A stretch of 64,000 nucleotides of DNA from assembly GCA_002291945.1 (NCBI GenBank), contig DBAZ01000026.1:31444-95443 (forward strand), read 5' to 3'. Position 1 is the stretch's first letter, and each line of letters begins with the position of its first letter. The notes under the pieces were generated by a model that worked only from the letters and a program-made list of their open reading frames with translations, was not told the DNA's origin and did not search any database. Both the position numbers and the translations under genes were made by a program. This DNA is from Tepidimonas sp. UBA997. Lineage in GTDB: Bacteria > Pseudomonadota > Gammaproteobacteria > Burkholderiales > Burkholderiaceae_C. Positions 18,008 to 28,782 of this stretch are shown here, piece after piece.

Positions 18008-19489
18008 TCACAGCGGCGAGTCGATGCGGATCCAGGTGGTTTTGGTTTCGGTGTATTTGTCGAAGGCGTGCAGCGATTTGTCTCGCCCCACGCCACTTTG
18101 CTTGTAGCCCCCGAAGGGCACGGTGATGTCGTCTTCGTCGTACTGGTTGACATGCACCGTACCCGCACGCAGGGCACGCGCCACCCCATGCGCCTTGTTG
18201 ATGTCGCGCGTCCACACCGCCGCCTGCAAGCCGTAGATGCTCTGGTTGGCCTGCCGCACCACGTCGGCCACGTCGGTGAACGACAACACACTCAGCACCG
18301 GGCCGAAAATTTCCTCTCGGGCGATGGTCATGTCGTTGCGCACCCCGTCGAAGATGGTGGGCTGCACGTAGCAGCCGCCCGCCACCGGCTGCACCGCCGC
18401 GCCGCCTGCCAGCAACTTGGCACCCTCGGCCTGGCCGGATTCGATATAACGCATCACCGTGTTGAGCTGGGTCGTGTCCACCAGAGCGCCCATGACGGTG
18501 TTTTTGTCCAGCGGGTTGGCCGGTTGATAGCCCGGCACCAGGGCCAGCGCCTTGTCAAGGAAAGCGTCCTTGATGGACGCCTCCACGAACAGGCGCGACG
18601 GCGCGTTGCAGCTTTCACCCTGGTTGAAAAAGATGCTGCCCACCGCAGCTTCGACGGCTCGATCCAGATTCGGGCAGTCGGCAAACACGATGTTGGGCGA
18701 TTTGCCGCCGAGTTCCGTCCAGGCCCGCTTGAGATTGCTCTGCCCCGCCATCACGTGGATTTGCTTGCCCACCCGCGTGCTGCCGGTGAAGGCGATGCAA
18801 TCCACGTCCATGTGCAGCGCCAACGGGCTGCCCGCCTCAGGGCCGTAGCCGGGCACCACGTTCAACACCCCGGGCGGCACGCCCGCCTGCAGTGCCAGTT
18901 CAGCCAAGCGCAGCGCCGTCAAGGGGCTTTTTTCCGACGGCTTGAGCACCACCGAATTGCCCACCGCCAGCGCCGGGGCGATCTTCCACGCCGCCATGAT
19001 CATCGGGTAGTTCCACGGCACGATCACCCCCACCACGCCCACCGGCTCGCGGGTGATGAGCGCCAGCGCGGTGTCGGGGGTCGGCGCAATTTGGTCATAG
19101 ACCTTGTCCAGCGCTTCGCCGTACCAGCGCATGCAGTTGGCCGTGCTGCTCACGTCCACGCCTTTGGCGTACTTGACCGGCTTGCCCATGTCCAGCGTTT
19201 CGGTCAGGGCCAGCTCATCGCCATGCGCGTGTATGAGCTCGGCAAACTTGATCAGGATGCGCTTGCGTTGCGCCGGGGCCTTGCCTGCCCAGCGCCGGTC
19301 TGCAAAGGCCGTGCGGGCGGCCTGCACCGCCAGCTCGACGTCGGCTTGGTTACAGCGTGCCACCTGGGTCAGCACGCGGCCATCCACCGGCGAGATGCAA
19401 TCAAACACGGCCCCACTGCAGGCACCGACGCGCTGGCCACCGATGAAAGCACGGCCATCAAAAGTCGGCCGGGTCAGAGGGTCTGTCAT
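18008..19489 (-). CDS. NAD-dependent aldehyde dehydrogenase (PuuC/PauC-like)
   Basis: 493 aa. ELGGKSP and GESCNAPSR catalytic Glu/Cys motifs. Last gene of the putrescine cluster. Confidence 0.9.
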   Translation of the reverse strand: MTDPLTRPTFDGRAFIGGQRVGACSGAVFDCISPVDGRVLTQVARCNQADVELAVQAARTAFADRRWAGKAPAQRKRILIKFAELIHAHGDELALTETLDMGKPVKYAKGVDVSSTANCMRWYGEALDKVYDQIAPTPDTALALITREPVGVVGVIVPWNYPMIMAAWKIAPALAVGNSVVLKPSEKSPLTALRLAELALQAGVPPGVLNVVPGYGPEAGSPLALHMDVDCIAFTGSTRVGKQIHVMAGQSNLKRAWTELGGKSPNIVFADCPNLDRAVEAAVGSIFFNQGESCNAPSRLFVEASIKDAFLDKALALVPGYQPANPLDKNTVMGALVDTTQLNTVMRYIESGQAEGAKLLAGGAAVQPVAGGCYVQPTIFDGVRNDMTIAREEIFGPVLSVLSFTDVADVVRQANQSIYGLQAAVWTRDINKAHGVARALRAGTVHVNQYDEDDITVPFGGYKQSGVGRDKSLHAFDKYTETKTTWIRIDSPL

Positions 19490-19546
19490 GTAGCAAGCTC
19501 CATAGCATTGAACCTAGGGTGGTGGTGAACCGTGGTGGCAGCGCCA

Positions 19547-20401
19547 TCAAGTCAGCGATTTGAGTTCCTGGCGCTCGGCGGCGGCCACTTCCCGGGCATG
19601 TTTGCGCGCCGCATGCGCCACCCACATGGCGTAACTCACCACGATCACCGTCACCGCGAAAATCAGCAAGGTGGCGGCAGCGTAGATGGTGGGGTTGATG
19701 CCGCGCCTGGCAAAACCAAAGATGACTTGCGGCAGGGTATTGACCCCAGGCCCAGACAGGAATTCAGCAATCACCACATCGTCGAACGACAAGGTGAACG
19801 ACAGCAGGAAGGCAGCCAGTATGGCCTGAGAGATGTTGGGCAAGGTGATCAGAAAAAACACCTGGTAGGGTTTCGCCCCCAGATCCATCGCCGCTTCTTC
19901 GATGCTGCGGTTCATGCTCTGCAAGCGACTCTGGATCACCACCACGGCATAAGCCATGCCGAGCAGCGTATGGCCGACGATGATGGTCAGCAGCCCGCGC
20001 GACGGCGCACCGAAGAAGTTCTGCGACCCCACAAACAGCAGCAGCAGCGACATGCCGATGATCACCTCCGGCATCACCAGCGGCGCACTGACCATGGCGG
20101 AAAACAAAGACCGCCCGAAAAACGACCGGTAGCGCACCAGCACATACGCCGCAAACACCGCCAGTATGGCCGACAGGACGCCCACGGTGGTCGCCACCTT
20201 GAGCGAAGTCCAGAAGCCTTCGATGATCCGGGTGTCGCTCAGCAGCGCCTCGTACCAGCGCAAGGAAAAGCCGGTGAAGCGTGCGTCCTGGCGCGTGCTG
20301 TTGAACGAGAACACGATCATGAACACCAGCGGCAGGTAGAGGAAGGCGAACACGATCGCCAGCCAGAACTTGCCCAAGTGTCGTTCCAGAAAACGGGTCA
20401 C
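19547..20401 (-). CDS. potI: polyamine ABC transporter permease (PotI/PotC-like)
   Basis: GTG start at 20401 in a GTGA overlap with the upstream stop (VTRFLERHLGKFW..). Six-TM BPD-type permease with an EAA loop. Confidence 0.85.
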   Translation of the reverse strand: MTRFLERHLGKFWLAIVFAFLYLPLVFMIVFSFNSTRQDARFTGFSLRWYEALLSDTRIIEGFWTSLKVATTVGVLSAILAVFAAYVLVRYRSFFGRSLFSAMVSAPLVMPEVIIGMSLLLLFVGSQNFFGAPSRGLLTIIVGHTLLGMAYAVVVIQSRLQSMNRSIEEAAMDLGAKPYQVFFLITLPNISQAILAAFLLSFTLSFDDVVIAEFLSGPGVNTLPQVIFGFARRGINPTIYAAATLLIFAVTVIVVSYAMWVAHAARKHAREVAAAERQELKSLT

Positions 20402-21315
20402 GACCGCCCCCCTTCCTGCTGCTTGCCGCTGTAGTGGTAGTACAGGGTGAGCGGAATCACGATCAGCAGAATCATCACCACCGCCAGCGCCGTGGCACGC
20501 GGCCAGTTGTTGCCGAGGAACATCTCGTCCCACACCACGAGGCCGATCATCTGGTTCTCGGGGCCGCCGAGCAGCGCCGGGATGACGAACTCACCCACCG
20601 AGGGAATGAACACCAGCAACAGCCCCGCGATGATGCCCGGCATCGACAGCGGCACCGTGACCAGCCAAAACGCCTTGAACGGCGTGGTGCCGAGGTCGTA
20701 GGCCGCTTCCAGCAGGCGGTGGTCCATTTTCACCAGCGTGGCGTACAGCGGCAGCACCATGAAGGGCAGATAGACATAGGTCATGCCGACGATCATGGAA
20801 ATGTCGGTATAGACCATGCGTATCGGTTCGCTGGTCAGCCCGATCCACATGAAGAACTGGTTGATCACGCCCCGATCGGTCAGCAGACCGCGCCAGGCAT
20901 AGACGCGCAGCAGGAAAGCGGTCCAGAACGGCAGCATCACCATCAGCAGCAAAATCGGGCGCAGCTTTTCCGGCGAGCGGGCGATGAAGTAGGCAAACGG
21001 GTAGCCAATCACCAGGCACAGCAGGGCGGTGATGGTGGCGTAATACAGGGAGCGCCCGTAAGCCTCCACATAAATGGTCTGGAACCAGGGGGCACCCTCG
21101 TGGGTGCGAAAGATCGAGAGGTAGTTCTCGTAACGCAGTTGCAGGGTGCCCGCTTGCGGGTCCCAGAGCGGCAAAAAGGGGTGGATGCTGGCACCCTGAT
21201 CGACGAAGCTGATGTACAGCAGGATCAGGAAAGGCACGAAGAAAAACAGCAACAGCCACAAAAAGGGCACCGCGATGACGAATCTGCGCCCCGAGCCGGG
21301 AAATTGGAGAGCCAT
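20398..21315 (-). CDS. potH: polyamine ABC transporter permease (PotH/PotB-like)
   Basis: 305 aa. Multi-TM permease with EAAYDLGTTPFKAFW EAA motif. Confidence 0.88.
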   Translation of the reverse strand: MALQFPGSGRRFVIAVPFLWLLLFFFVPFLILLYISFVDQGASIHPFLPLWDPQAGTLQLRYENYLSIFRTHEGAPWFQTIYVEAYGRSLYYATITALLCLVIGYPFAYFIARSPEKLRPILLLMVMLPFWTAFLLRVYAWRGLLTDRGVINQFFMWIGLTSEPIRMVYTDISMIVGMTYVYLPFMVLPLYATLVKMDHRLLEAAYDLGTTPFKAFWLVTVPLSMPGIIAGLLLVFIPSVGEFVIPALLGGPENQMIGLVVWDEMFLGNNWPRATALAVVMILLIVIPLTLYYHYSGKQQEGGRS

Positions 21316-21346
21316 ACTGCCCCTTTGCGTCGGTTGAGCCGGTCGG

Positions 21347-22486
21347 TCAGTCGCGCAGCACGACGCCGGAGTTGTTGCGCCACCAGAAGAACACCTCGTC
21401 TTCCCAGGTGATGTCAGACAGGTCGTGGCGGTCCGTGTTGGCCTCCGTCACCTTGATCTTGCGCCCGTCGAGCGTCTGCACGATGTAGGTGTTGTAGGAG
21501 CCGAAATAGGCAATTTCCTTGACGCGCCCCTGGAACAGGTTGTGATCCACGTGGGCGGGGCGTTGTTTGCTGATGCCGATCTTTTCCGGTCGTATCGCTA
21601 CCGCCACCGGCATGTCCAGGGCTCCACTGACGCCGTGCCCGACATGGATTTCGCCGATGGCCGTGGCCACGGCACAGCGGTCCACCTCGTCCACCGACAG
21701 CTTGCCGTCGAACAGGTTGGCGTGGCCGATGAAGTCGGCCACAAACCGGTTGCAGGGGTATTCGTACACTTCCTCGGGGCTGCCGACCTGCAGCACACGC
21801 CCCTTGCTCATGACGGCAATGCGGTTGGCCATGGTCATGGCTTCTTCCTGATCGTGGGTCACCATGACACAGGTCACCCCGACCTTCTCGATGATGTTGA
21901 CCAGCTCGAACTGGGTTTGCTCGCGCAGCTTTTTGTCGAGGGCACCCAGCGGCTCGTCGAGCAGCAGGAGTTTGGGCCGCTTGGCCAGGCTGCGCGCCAG
22001 TGCCACCCGCTGCTGCTGCCCGCCAGACAACTGATGCGGCTTGCGCTTGGCGTAAGCACCCAACTGCACCAGGTTGAGCATGTCGTCGGTGCGCTGCTGC
22101 ACCTCGGCCTTGGGCAGGCCTTCGCGCTTCAGACCAAAGGCCACGTTCTCCCAGATGCTCAGATGCGGGAACAGGGCGTAGCTCTGGAACATCATGTTCA
22201 CCGGCCGCACATAAGGCGGCATGCCCACCACGTCCTGCCCGCCGAGCAGGATGCGACCGGACGACGGGGTCTCAAAACCGGCCAGCATACGCAACAGAGT
22301 GGACTTGCCACAACCCGAGCTGCCCAGCAGCGCGAAAATCTCGCCCTTGCGGATGGACAGGGACACTTCATCGACCGCCGCCACGTCGTCAAAGTGCTTG
22401 ACGAGGTTTTCGGTCACCAGATAGCCTTCGCCTTGGGAGGCCGACGCTGCAGACTGTGCCATAGAGGCTCCCTCCGCCTGACTCAA
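21347..22486 (-). CDS. potG: polyamine ABC transporter ATP-binding protein (PotG/PotA-like)
   Basis: Walker A GSSGCGKST, signature LSGGQQQRVALAR, Walker B LLLLDEP, and a C-terminal TOBE-like domain. Confidence 0.9.
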   Translation of the reverse strand: MSQAEGASMAQSAASASQGEGYLVTENLVKHFDDVAAVDEVSLSIRKGEIFALLGSSGCGKSTLLRMLAGFETPSSGRILLGGQDVVGMPPYVRPVNMMFQSYALFPHLSIWENVAFGLKREGLPKAEVQQRTDDMLNLVQLGAYAKRKPHQLSGGQQQRVALARSLAKRPKLLLLDEPLGALDKKLREQTQFELVNIIEKVGVTCVMVTHDQEEAMTMANRIAVMSKGRVLQVGSPEEVYEYPCNRFVADFIGHANLFDGKLSVDEVDRCAVATAIGEIHVGHGVSGALDMPVAVAIRPEKIGISKQRPAHVDHNLFQGRVKEIAYFGSYNTYIVQTLDGRKIKVTEANTDRHDLSDITWEDEVFFWWRNNSGVVLRD

Positions 22487-22553
22487 AGAAAAGCAGACCC
22501 AGAAAAAAGGGGCTGGCTACACCAGCCCCTCCGACGACCGCCGAGGCAGACGA

Positions 22554-23684
22554 TCAGTTACCACGCTTGAAGGCGTTGAAGACCTCGTTCAAGGTACCCG
22601 CCGCTTCCAGCGGGTAGTCACCCGAGGGCACCAGACGGGCCATGTTTTCATCGTCGAGGAAGATCGTGTTGTTGCCCTTGATCTCCGGCTTGATGAGCGG
22701 CAGGGCGGCCTTGTTGCCGGTGGGGTAATTCATCTCGTTGGCCATGGCGGCCCCGTTTTCGGGGCGCAGGAAGAAGTCGATGAACAGATGGGCTTCGGCA
22801 ACGTTGCGGGCGTCGGCCGGAATGGCCATCACGTCAGCAAAGAAGACGCCACCGATGCTGGGCAACAGCGGCACGATCTCGTCGGCTCCGGCGATTTCGC
22901 GCACGCGGTCCGAGGCGATGTTGATGTCACCCGACCAGCCGACAAATGCGCAGCCCAAGCCGCTGACGATGTCGTCAATCATGTTGTTCGAGAACTGGCG
23001 GATGTTGGGTCGCACCTTGGCCAGCATCTCACCCGCTGCACGCAGGTGCTCCGGGTTGCCGCTGTAGGGAGGCAGGCCCATGTAGTTCAAGGCAGCCGGC
23101 ATGATGTCGTTGGGCGAATCGAGGAAGATGATGCCGCAGCCGCGCAGGCGGTTGGCGTACTTCGGGTTGAACACCAATTCCCACGCGTTGGCGGGCAGTT
23201 CGGTCGTACCCAGCGCGGCCTGAACTTTCTGGCGGTTGATGCCGACGGTGGTAAAACCCCAGCCCCAAGGCACGTAGTGGCGGTTGCCCTCGTCGATCGA
23301 GGCCAGCTTCTTCATGAAAGTCGGGTCGAGGTTGGCCAGGTTGGGGATCAGGCTCTTGTTGAGCGGCTGGTACAGGCCCGCGCTGAGCTGGCGCTGCGAG
23401 AAACCGACGGTGGGCACCACGATGTCGAAGCCCGAATTACCGGCCACCAAGCGGGCGTGCAGGGCTTCGTTGCTTTCGAAGGTGTTGTAGTTGACGCGGA
23501 TGCCGGTCTCGGCCTCGAAGGCGGCGATCATGCCTTCGGGAATGTAATCGTCCCAGTTGAAGATGTTGAGCACGCGCTCGCTGGGCGGCGGAGGCGCTTG
23601 CGGAGCGGGGGCTGGCGCATCTTGCTTGCCACAGGCCACCAGAAAGGCAGCAGCCAGCGCCGCTGTCAGGAGTGATTTCATCAT
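22554..23684 (-). CDS. potF: periplasmic putrescine/spermidine-binding protein (PotF/PotD family), probable lipoprotein
   Basis: Start at MMKSLLTAALAAAFLVACGK (signal peptide with lipobox LVAC). PotF-like body (NWDDYIP, GWGFTT). Confidence 0.88.
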   Translation of the reverse strand: MMKSLLTAALAAAFLVACGKQDAPAPAPQAPPPPSERVLNIFNWDDYIPEGMIAAFEAETGIRVNYNTFESNEALHARLVAGNSGFDIVVPTVGFSQRQLSAGLYQPLNKSLIPNLANLDPTFMKKLASIDEGNRHYVPWGWGFTTVGINRQKVQAALGTTELPANAWELVFNPKYANRLRGCGIIFLDSPNDIMPAALNYMGLPPYSGNPEHLRAAGEMLAKVRPNIRQFSNNMIDDIVSGLGCAFVGWSGDINIASDRVREIAGADEIVPLLPSIGGVFFADVMAIPADARNVAEAHLFIDFFLRPENGAAMANEMNYPTGNKAALPLIKPEIKGNNTIFLDDENMARLVPSGDYPLEAAGTLNEVFNAFKRGN

Positions 23685-23764
23685 GCCATTGCTCCAGAAA
23701 AGGGGTCCCAACCAAGAAACGGAAAAGCCAGTTGCAGGCGCTTCCGCGCTCACCGTGATTTTAG

Positions 23765-25171
23765 TCACCGTTTTGAGATTTTTCCCAGCAATTGAAGTTC
23801 CTCTAGCGTCAAATCCAGTGCTTTTCGTATCAACGCCAACATTTCATCGATCTGGGCCCGGGTCATGGTCAGCGGCGGGGCGATGATCATGCGGTCGCCC
23901 ACGGCCCGCATCACCAGACCGTTGTCAAAACAGTGGCCGCGGCACATCATGCCCACCGCCCATTCCTCGGGGAAGGGCTGTCGGCTGGCCTGGTCCGGTA
24001 CCAAAACCAGGCCGGCCACGAAACCGCAGGTCTCGGCGTCGCCCACCAGCGGGTGGTCTTTGAGCCGCTCGAACTCCTTGGCCAGATAGGGGCCGACCTC
24101 ATCGCGCACCCGGCCGGGCAGGTTCTCGCGGGCCATGATGTCGATGTTGGCCAGCGCCACCGCACAAGCCACCGGGTGGCCGCTGTAGGTGTAGCCGTGG
24201 TTGAACTCGCCGCCGCGCTCGATCAGCACCTGTGCCACGCGCTCGCCCACCAGCACGCCACCGAGCGGGATGTAGCCGCTGGTCACGGCCTTGGCAAATG
24301 TCACCAGATCGGGCTTGATGCCGAATTTTTCGTAGCCAAACCAGTGGCCAAGCCGACCGAAGGCGCAGATCACCTCGTCGGCAATCAGCAAAATGCCGTA
24401 TCGATCGACGATGCGCTGCACCTCGGGCCAGTAGGTGGCGGGCGGGATGATGACGCCCCCGGCCCCCTGCACCGGCTCGGCAATGAACGCGGCCACTCGA
24501 TCGGGGCCGACTTCGAGAATCTTTGCTTCCAGCCAGCGGGCGGCACGCAGGCCGAAGGCGTCTTTGCTTTCCCCGTGCTGGGCCAGTTCGTAAAAATACG
24601 GCTGCTGGATGTGGGTGATGTCGGGTATGGGCAGGTCGCCCTGGGCATGCATGCCGCTCATGCCGCCCAGCGACGCACCCGCCATGGTCGAGCCGTGGTA
24701 GGCGTTGTGGCGGCTGATGATGACCTTGCGCTGGGGCTGGCCCATCAAGTCCCAGTAGCGCCGAGCCATGCGGACGTTGGTGTCGTTGCTCTCGGAGCCA
24801 CTGGAACTGAAGAACACGTGCTGGAAGCGCCGCCCATCCACCACCGGCACCAGTTCGGCCAGCCGGGCCGCCAGCCGGACGGCCGGTTCGTTGGTGGTCT
24901 GGAAAAAGCTGTTGTAAAAAGGCAGCTTCATCATCTGGGCGTGAGCGGCATCGGCGAGCTGCTGGCGTCCGTAGCCCACGTTGACGCACCACAGGCCGCT
25001 CATCGCGTCGAGAATCTGCTTGCCCTCGCTGTCCCAGACATAAATGTCTTGCGCATGGGTGATGACGCGCGCACCCTTGGCCGACAAGGCCTTGTGGTCG
25101 GTGAACGGGTGCAGAAAATGGGCGCTGTCGAGCGCCTGCAGTTCGGCGGTACTGAGGGTGTGCGGGTTCAT
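23765..25171 (-). CDS. spuC: class III aminotransferase (putrescine--pyruvate aminotransferase SpuC-like)
   Basis: Start at MNPHTLSTAELQALDSAHFLHPF. SGSESNDT, DEVICAFGRLG and FAKAVTSGY (PLP Lys) motifs. Confidence 0.85.
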   Translation of the reverse strand: MNPHTLSTAELQALDSAHFLHPFTDHKALSAKGARVITHAQDIYVWDSEGKQILDAMSGLWCVNVGYGRQQLADAAHAQMMKLPFYNSFFQTTNEPAVRLAARLAELVPVVDGRRFQHVFFSSSGSESNDTNVRMARRYWDLMGQPQRKVIISRHNAYHGSTMAGASLGGMSGMHAQGDLPIPDITHIQQPYFYELAQHGESKDAFGLRAARWLEAKILEVGPDRVAAFIAEPVQGAGGVIIPPATYWPEVQRIVDRYGILLIADEVICAFGRLGHWFGYEKFGIKPDLVTFAKAVTSGYIPLGGVLVGERVAQVLIERGGEFNHGYTYSGHPVACAVALANIDIMARENLPGRVRDEVGPYLAKEFERLKDHPLVGDAETCGFVAGLVLVPDQASRQPFPEEWAVGMMCRGHCFDNGLVMRAVGDRMIIAPPLTMTRAQIDEMLALIRKALDLTLEELQLLGKISKR

Positions 25172-25205
25172 AGGGGTATGCACGGTAGGCTCCAGATACA
25201 AACGG

Positions 25206-26573
25206 TCAGACGTGCAGCAACAGGTGTTCACGTTCCCAAGGTGAAATCACTTTCATGAATTCGGCAAATTCGAGTTCCTTGATTTCGGTGTACACGGTAA
25301 TGAATTCGTGGCCCAGCACCTCGTGCAGTTCCGAGTCGCGGCGCAGCCAGTCCAGCGCCTCACCCAAGCTGCGCGGCAGGGCATAGGGCGACAGGTAGGC
25401 GTCACCCTTCATTTCCGGTTTCGGCTTGATCTGGTTTTTCATGCCCACATAACCGCAAGCCAGCGTCATGGCCATGGCCAGATAGGGGTTGGCGTCGGCA
25501 CCGATGACGCGGTTCTCGACGCGCCGCGCCGCTGGCGATGAAATCGGGGAGCGGATGCCCACGGTGCGGTTGTCGTAACCCCATTCGATGTTGATGGGTG
25601 CCGCCGTGTAACGCGACAGGCGCCGGTAGCTGTTCACATAGGGGGCCACCAGCGCCATGGCCGACGGGACGTGTTTTTGCAACCCGCCGATGTAGTGGAA
25701 AAACGCTGCGGTAGGCAAACCGTCGGCGCTGCTGAAGATGTTGCGCCCGTCGGCCTTGCTGACGATGCTCTGGTGCATGTGCATGGCACTGCCCGGCTCG
25801 CCCGCGATCGGCTTGGCCATGAAGGTGGCGTACATGTCGTGGCGCAGCGCGGCTTCGCGCACGGTGCGCTTGAAGAAAAAGACCTCGTCGGCCAGCCCCA
25901 GCGGGTGGCCGTGAAAGAAGTTGATCTCCATCTGGCCGGCACCGATTTCGTGGATCAGCGTGTCCACATTCAAGCCCATCTGGTGGCAGTATTCGTAGAT
26001 GTCTTCGAATAGCGGGTCGAACTCGTTGACGGCGTCGATGCTGTAGGCCTGACGCGACGTTTCGGCACGGCCACTGCGACCCACCGGCGGGCGCAACGGG
26101 GTGTTGGAGTCGGTGTTGCGGGCCGTCAGGTAGAACTCCAGCTCGGGCGCAATCACCGGCTCCCAGCCCTCGGTGGCGTAGAGGTCGCAGACCCGGCGCA
26201 ACACGCTGCGCGGGGCGTAAGGCACCAACTGGCCATTGGAGTCGAAACAGTCATGGATGACCTGCGCCGTCGGGTCGGTGGCCCAAGGCACGATGCGCAC
26301 GCTGGACGGGTCGGGCCGCAGTTGCATGTCACGGTCGGTTGGCTCGATCACGTCGTAATACGGCCCACTGGACGGCTGCTCGCCGGTCACGCTCATGGCC
26401 ACGATGGCATGGGGCAGGCGCATCCCCCGGTCTTCGGTGAACTTTTCGCGCGGCAGAATCTTGCCGCGTGCCACGCCGGTCAGGTCCGGCACCAGACACT
26501 CGACTTCGGTCACGCGGCGCGCATTGAGCCAGTGTTCCAGTTCGATAAAGCTGTGGGGGGTGCTGTGTTGCAT
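25206..26573 (-). CDS. puuA: glutamine synthetase family protein (gamma-glutamylputrescine synthetase PuuA-like)
   Basis: 455 aa. GS type III-like catalytic domain (ELEFYL, GSAMHMHQS, NRTVGIR). Confidence 0.85.
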   Translation of the reverse strand: MQHSTPHSFIELEHWLNARRVTEVECLVPDLTGVARGKILPREKFTEDRGMRLPHAIVAMSVTGEQPSSGPYYDVIEPTDRDMQLRPDPSSVRIVPWATDPTAQVIHDCFDSNGQLVPYAPRSVLRRVCDLYATEGWEPVIAPELEFYLTARNTDSNTPLRPPVGRSGRAETSRQAYSIDAVNEFDPLFEDIYEYCHQMGLNVDTLIHEIGAGQMEINFFHGHPLGLADEVFFFKRTVREAALRHDMYATFMAKPIAGEPGSAMHMHQSIVSKADGRNIFSSADGLPTAAFFHYIGGLQKHVPSAMALVAPYVNSYRRLSRYTAAPINIEWGYDNRTVGIRSPISSPAARRVENRVIGADANPYLAMAMTLACGYVGMKNQIKPKPEMKGDAYLSPYALPRSLGEALDWLRRDSELHEVLGHEFITVYTEIKELEFAEFMKVISPWEREHLLLHV

Positions 26574-26603
26574 GGTCGATCCGGATGAAAAGTCAGGTGA
26601 ACA

Positions 26604-27443
26604 TCATCGCAGGAACTGGGCGCTGAGTTCAACCGAGAGTCTTTCGGGCGCTGCGGCAACGGCCCGCCCTTGCTGCAGGCGGGTCTGGTGCCGGGCACGC
26701 ACCGCTTCGCCAAAGGCGCGCCAGATGGCGGCATAGAACGGATTTTCCGAGCAGCGCCATTCGGGGTGCCACTGCACCGCGTAGGCAAAAGCAGGTGCGC
26801 CCAGCACCTCGAAGGCCTCCACCAACCCATCGGGCGCGTACGCCAACGCCCGCAAACCGGGGGCCAGTCGGGCGACGCCCTGCCCATGCAGGGAATTGAC
26901 CCGTGCTTGCCCGCCGCCCGCCCATTGCTCGAACACGCTGCCCGGCTCGAACCGAAGCGCATGGCTGGGTGCGTATTGCTGGTCGATGCTGCCGTCGGGC
27001 TCCCGGTGGTCCATCAGGCCATCGACCGCATGCACGGTCTGGTGCAAACTCCCACCCAAGGCGACGTTGATTTCCTGCAACCCCCGGCAAATGCCCAGCA
27101 GCGGCACGCCCTCGGCCACACAGGCCTTGACTAGGGTCAGGGTCAGGGAATCGCGCTGCGGATCCAGCGGCAGGCTGGGGTCGTACAAGGCCTCGTTGAA
27201 GTGAGACGGATGCACATTGGACGGGGAGCCGGTGAGCATGACCCCATCGACCAGATTGAGCAGTTGCGGCACCTGGGCGGCGTCGGCCAACGGGAACATG
27301 ACCGGCTGTGCGTGAGCGCCCACCTTGACGGCGCGGGCGTATTTGTCGCCCAGCAGCAGAAACGGCATCCTGTGGCTGCCCAGCAGGCGGTGGTCGGCCG
27401 GCAGCCAGACCAAGGGCGGAGGGGAAAAAGTGTCGTCGTTCAT
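26604..27443 (-). CDS. puuD: gamma-glutamyl-GABA hydrolase (peptidase C26, PuuD-like)
   Basis: Start at MNDDTFSPPP (M88 of ORF 26604..27704). Class I amidotransferase nucleophile CRGLQEINVALGG and WHPE motif. Confidence 0.85.
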   Translation of the reverse strand: MNDDTFSPPPLVWLPADHRLLGSHRMPFLLLGDKYARAVKVGAHAQPVMFPLADAAQVPQLLNLVDGVMLTGSPSNVHPSHFNEALYDPSLPLDPQRDSLTLTLVKACVAEGVPLLGICRGLQEINVALGGSLHQTVHAVDGLMDHREPDGSIDQQYAPSHALRFEPGSVFEQWAGGGQARVNSLHGQGVARLAPGLRALAYAPDGLVEAFEVLGAPAFAYAVQWHPEWRCSENPFYAAIWRAFGEAVRARHQTRLQQGRAVAAAPERLSVELSAQFLR

Positions 27444-27462
27444 CTCAAACTCGCACAAGCGC

Positions 27463-28782
27463 TCAACCCAGCGCGTCCTTGAACCGATACCACAGCATCC
27501 CCAGCGCCAGCGCCGGGGTGCGCAGCATCGCTCCCCCCGGGAAAGGGGTGTGGCGGATGCGGGCAAACAAGTCGAAGCGGCTGGCCTGCCCGGCAATGGC
27601 TTCGGCCACCAAGCGCCCTGCCAGCCCGGTAGCCGCGACGCCATGTCCGCTGAACCCCTGCAGGTAATACACCTTGGATGACAAACGCCCAAAGTCGGGC
27701 GCACGGTTCATGCTGATATCGACAAAACCGCCCCACACATAATCCACCGGCACGTCTTTGAGCGCTGGGAAGATGCGCACCATGCGTTCGCGCATGACGG
27801 CTTGGAGCCGGGGTGGTGTCATGGTGGTGTAGCTCACCCGCCCGCCAAAGAGCAGGCGGTGGTCGGCACTGAAGCGGAAATAATCCAGCACGAAGTTGTT
27901 GTCGCAGACGGCGGCGTTGGACGGAATCAGGCGCTGGCAGTGTGCCGGATCGATCGCTGCCGTGCCGATGATGTAAGTGCCCACCGGCATGATGCGGCTG
28001 TGCAGAGGCCGGGCCAGTTGCGGCGAAATGGCCGACAACATGCAATTGCCCGCCAGAACGGCAAAGCGCGCCTGCACCTGCCCGTGCGGGGTCTGCACGG
28101 TCAGCCCACTAGCGGTGGTCGCCATGGACAGCGCCGGGCTGCCTTCAAACAAGCGCACCCCCAGCGACTCGGCGGCCTGCGCCAGCCCCAGCGCGTACTT
28201 CAAGGGGTGCAGGTGGCCGGAGGTGTTTTCGTAAGCGGCGGCATGGTAGCGCTCGCTGGCAATCAGTCGGGATACGTCCGCTCCAGTGGCCACGTCACAG
28301 GACAGCCCATAGTCTCTGGCCTGTACGTCCAGATCGTCGAGCAGTTGCCGCGCCTTGCGGGCACTATCGGCCACATACAGATAGCCCGGCACCCAGTCAC
28401 AGGCGATGCCAAAGCGGGCGATGCGTTCACGAATGATGGCGATCGCTTCGAGCGACATGTCCCAGACGCGGCGGGCATCTGCGCGGCCCAGTTGCTGCTC
28501 GAACGGCTCCTGCCCACTGGCAAAACCTACGATGGCCTGACCACCGTTGCGGCCACTGGCCCCGAAACCGACCCGTTCGGCGTCCAGCAGCACCACACTC
28601 AAGCCCCGGTCGGCCAGTTCTATCGCCGCGTTCAAGCCAGCAAACCCCGCACCCACCACCACCACATCGGCTTGCACCGGTTCGGCCAAGGGGGGCCGTG
28701 GCGGCGCACGCTGCACGCTGGCTTCGTAGTAGCTGTGCTGGTTCAGCACGGTGTCAGAGCGCAACAAAGAGGTCTGGAACAT
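27463..28782 (-). CDS. puuB: FAD-dependent oxidoreductase (gamma-glutamylputrescine oxidase PuuB-like)
   Basis: Start at MFQTSLL..HSYYEAS. DVVVVGAGFAGLNAA dinucleotide fold. 439 aa. No obvious SD. Confidence 0.82.
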   Translation of the reverse strand: MFQTSLLRSDTVLNQHSYYEASVQRAPPRPPLAEPVQADVVVVGAGFAGLNAAIELADRGLSVVLLDAERVGFGASGRNGGQAIVGFASGQEPFEQQLGRADARRVWDMSLEAIAIIRERIARFGIACDWVPGYLYVADSARKARQLLDDLDVQARDYGLSCDVATGADVSRLIASERYHAAAYENTSGHLHPLKYALGLAQAAESLGVRLFEGSPALSMATTASGLTVQTPHGQVQARFAVLAGNCMLSAISPQLARPLHSRIMPVGTYIIGTAAIDPAHCQRLIPSNAAVCDNNFVLDYFRFSADHRLLFGGRVSYTTMTPPRLQAVMRERMVRIFPALKDVPVDYVWGGFVDISMNRAPDFGRLSSKVYYLQGFSGHGVAATGLAGRLVAEAIAGQASRFDLFARIRHTPFPGGAMLRTPALALGMLWYRFKDALG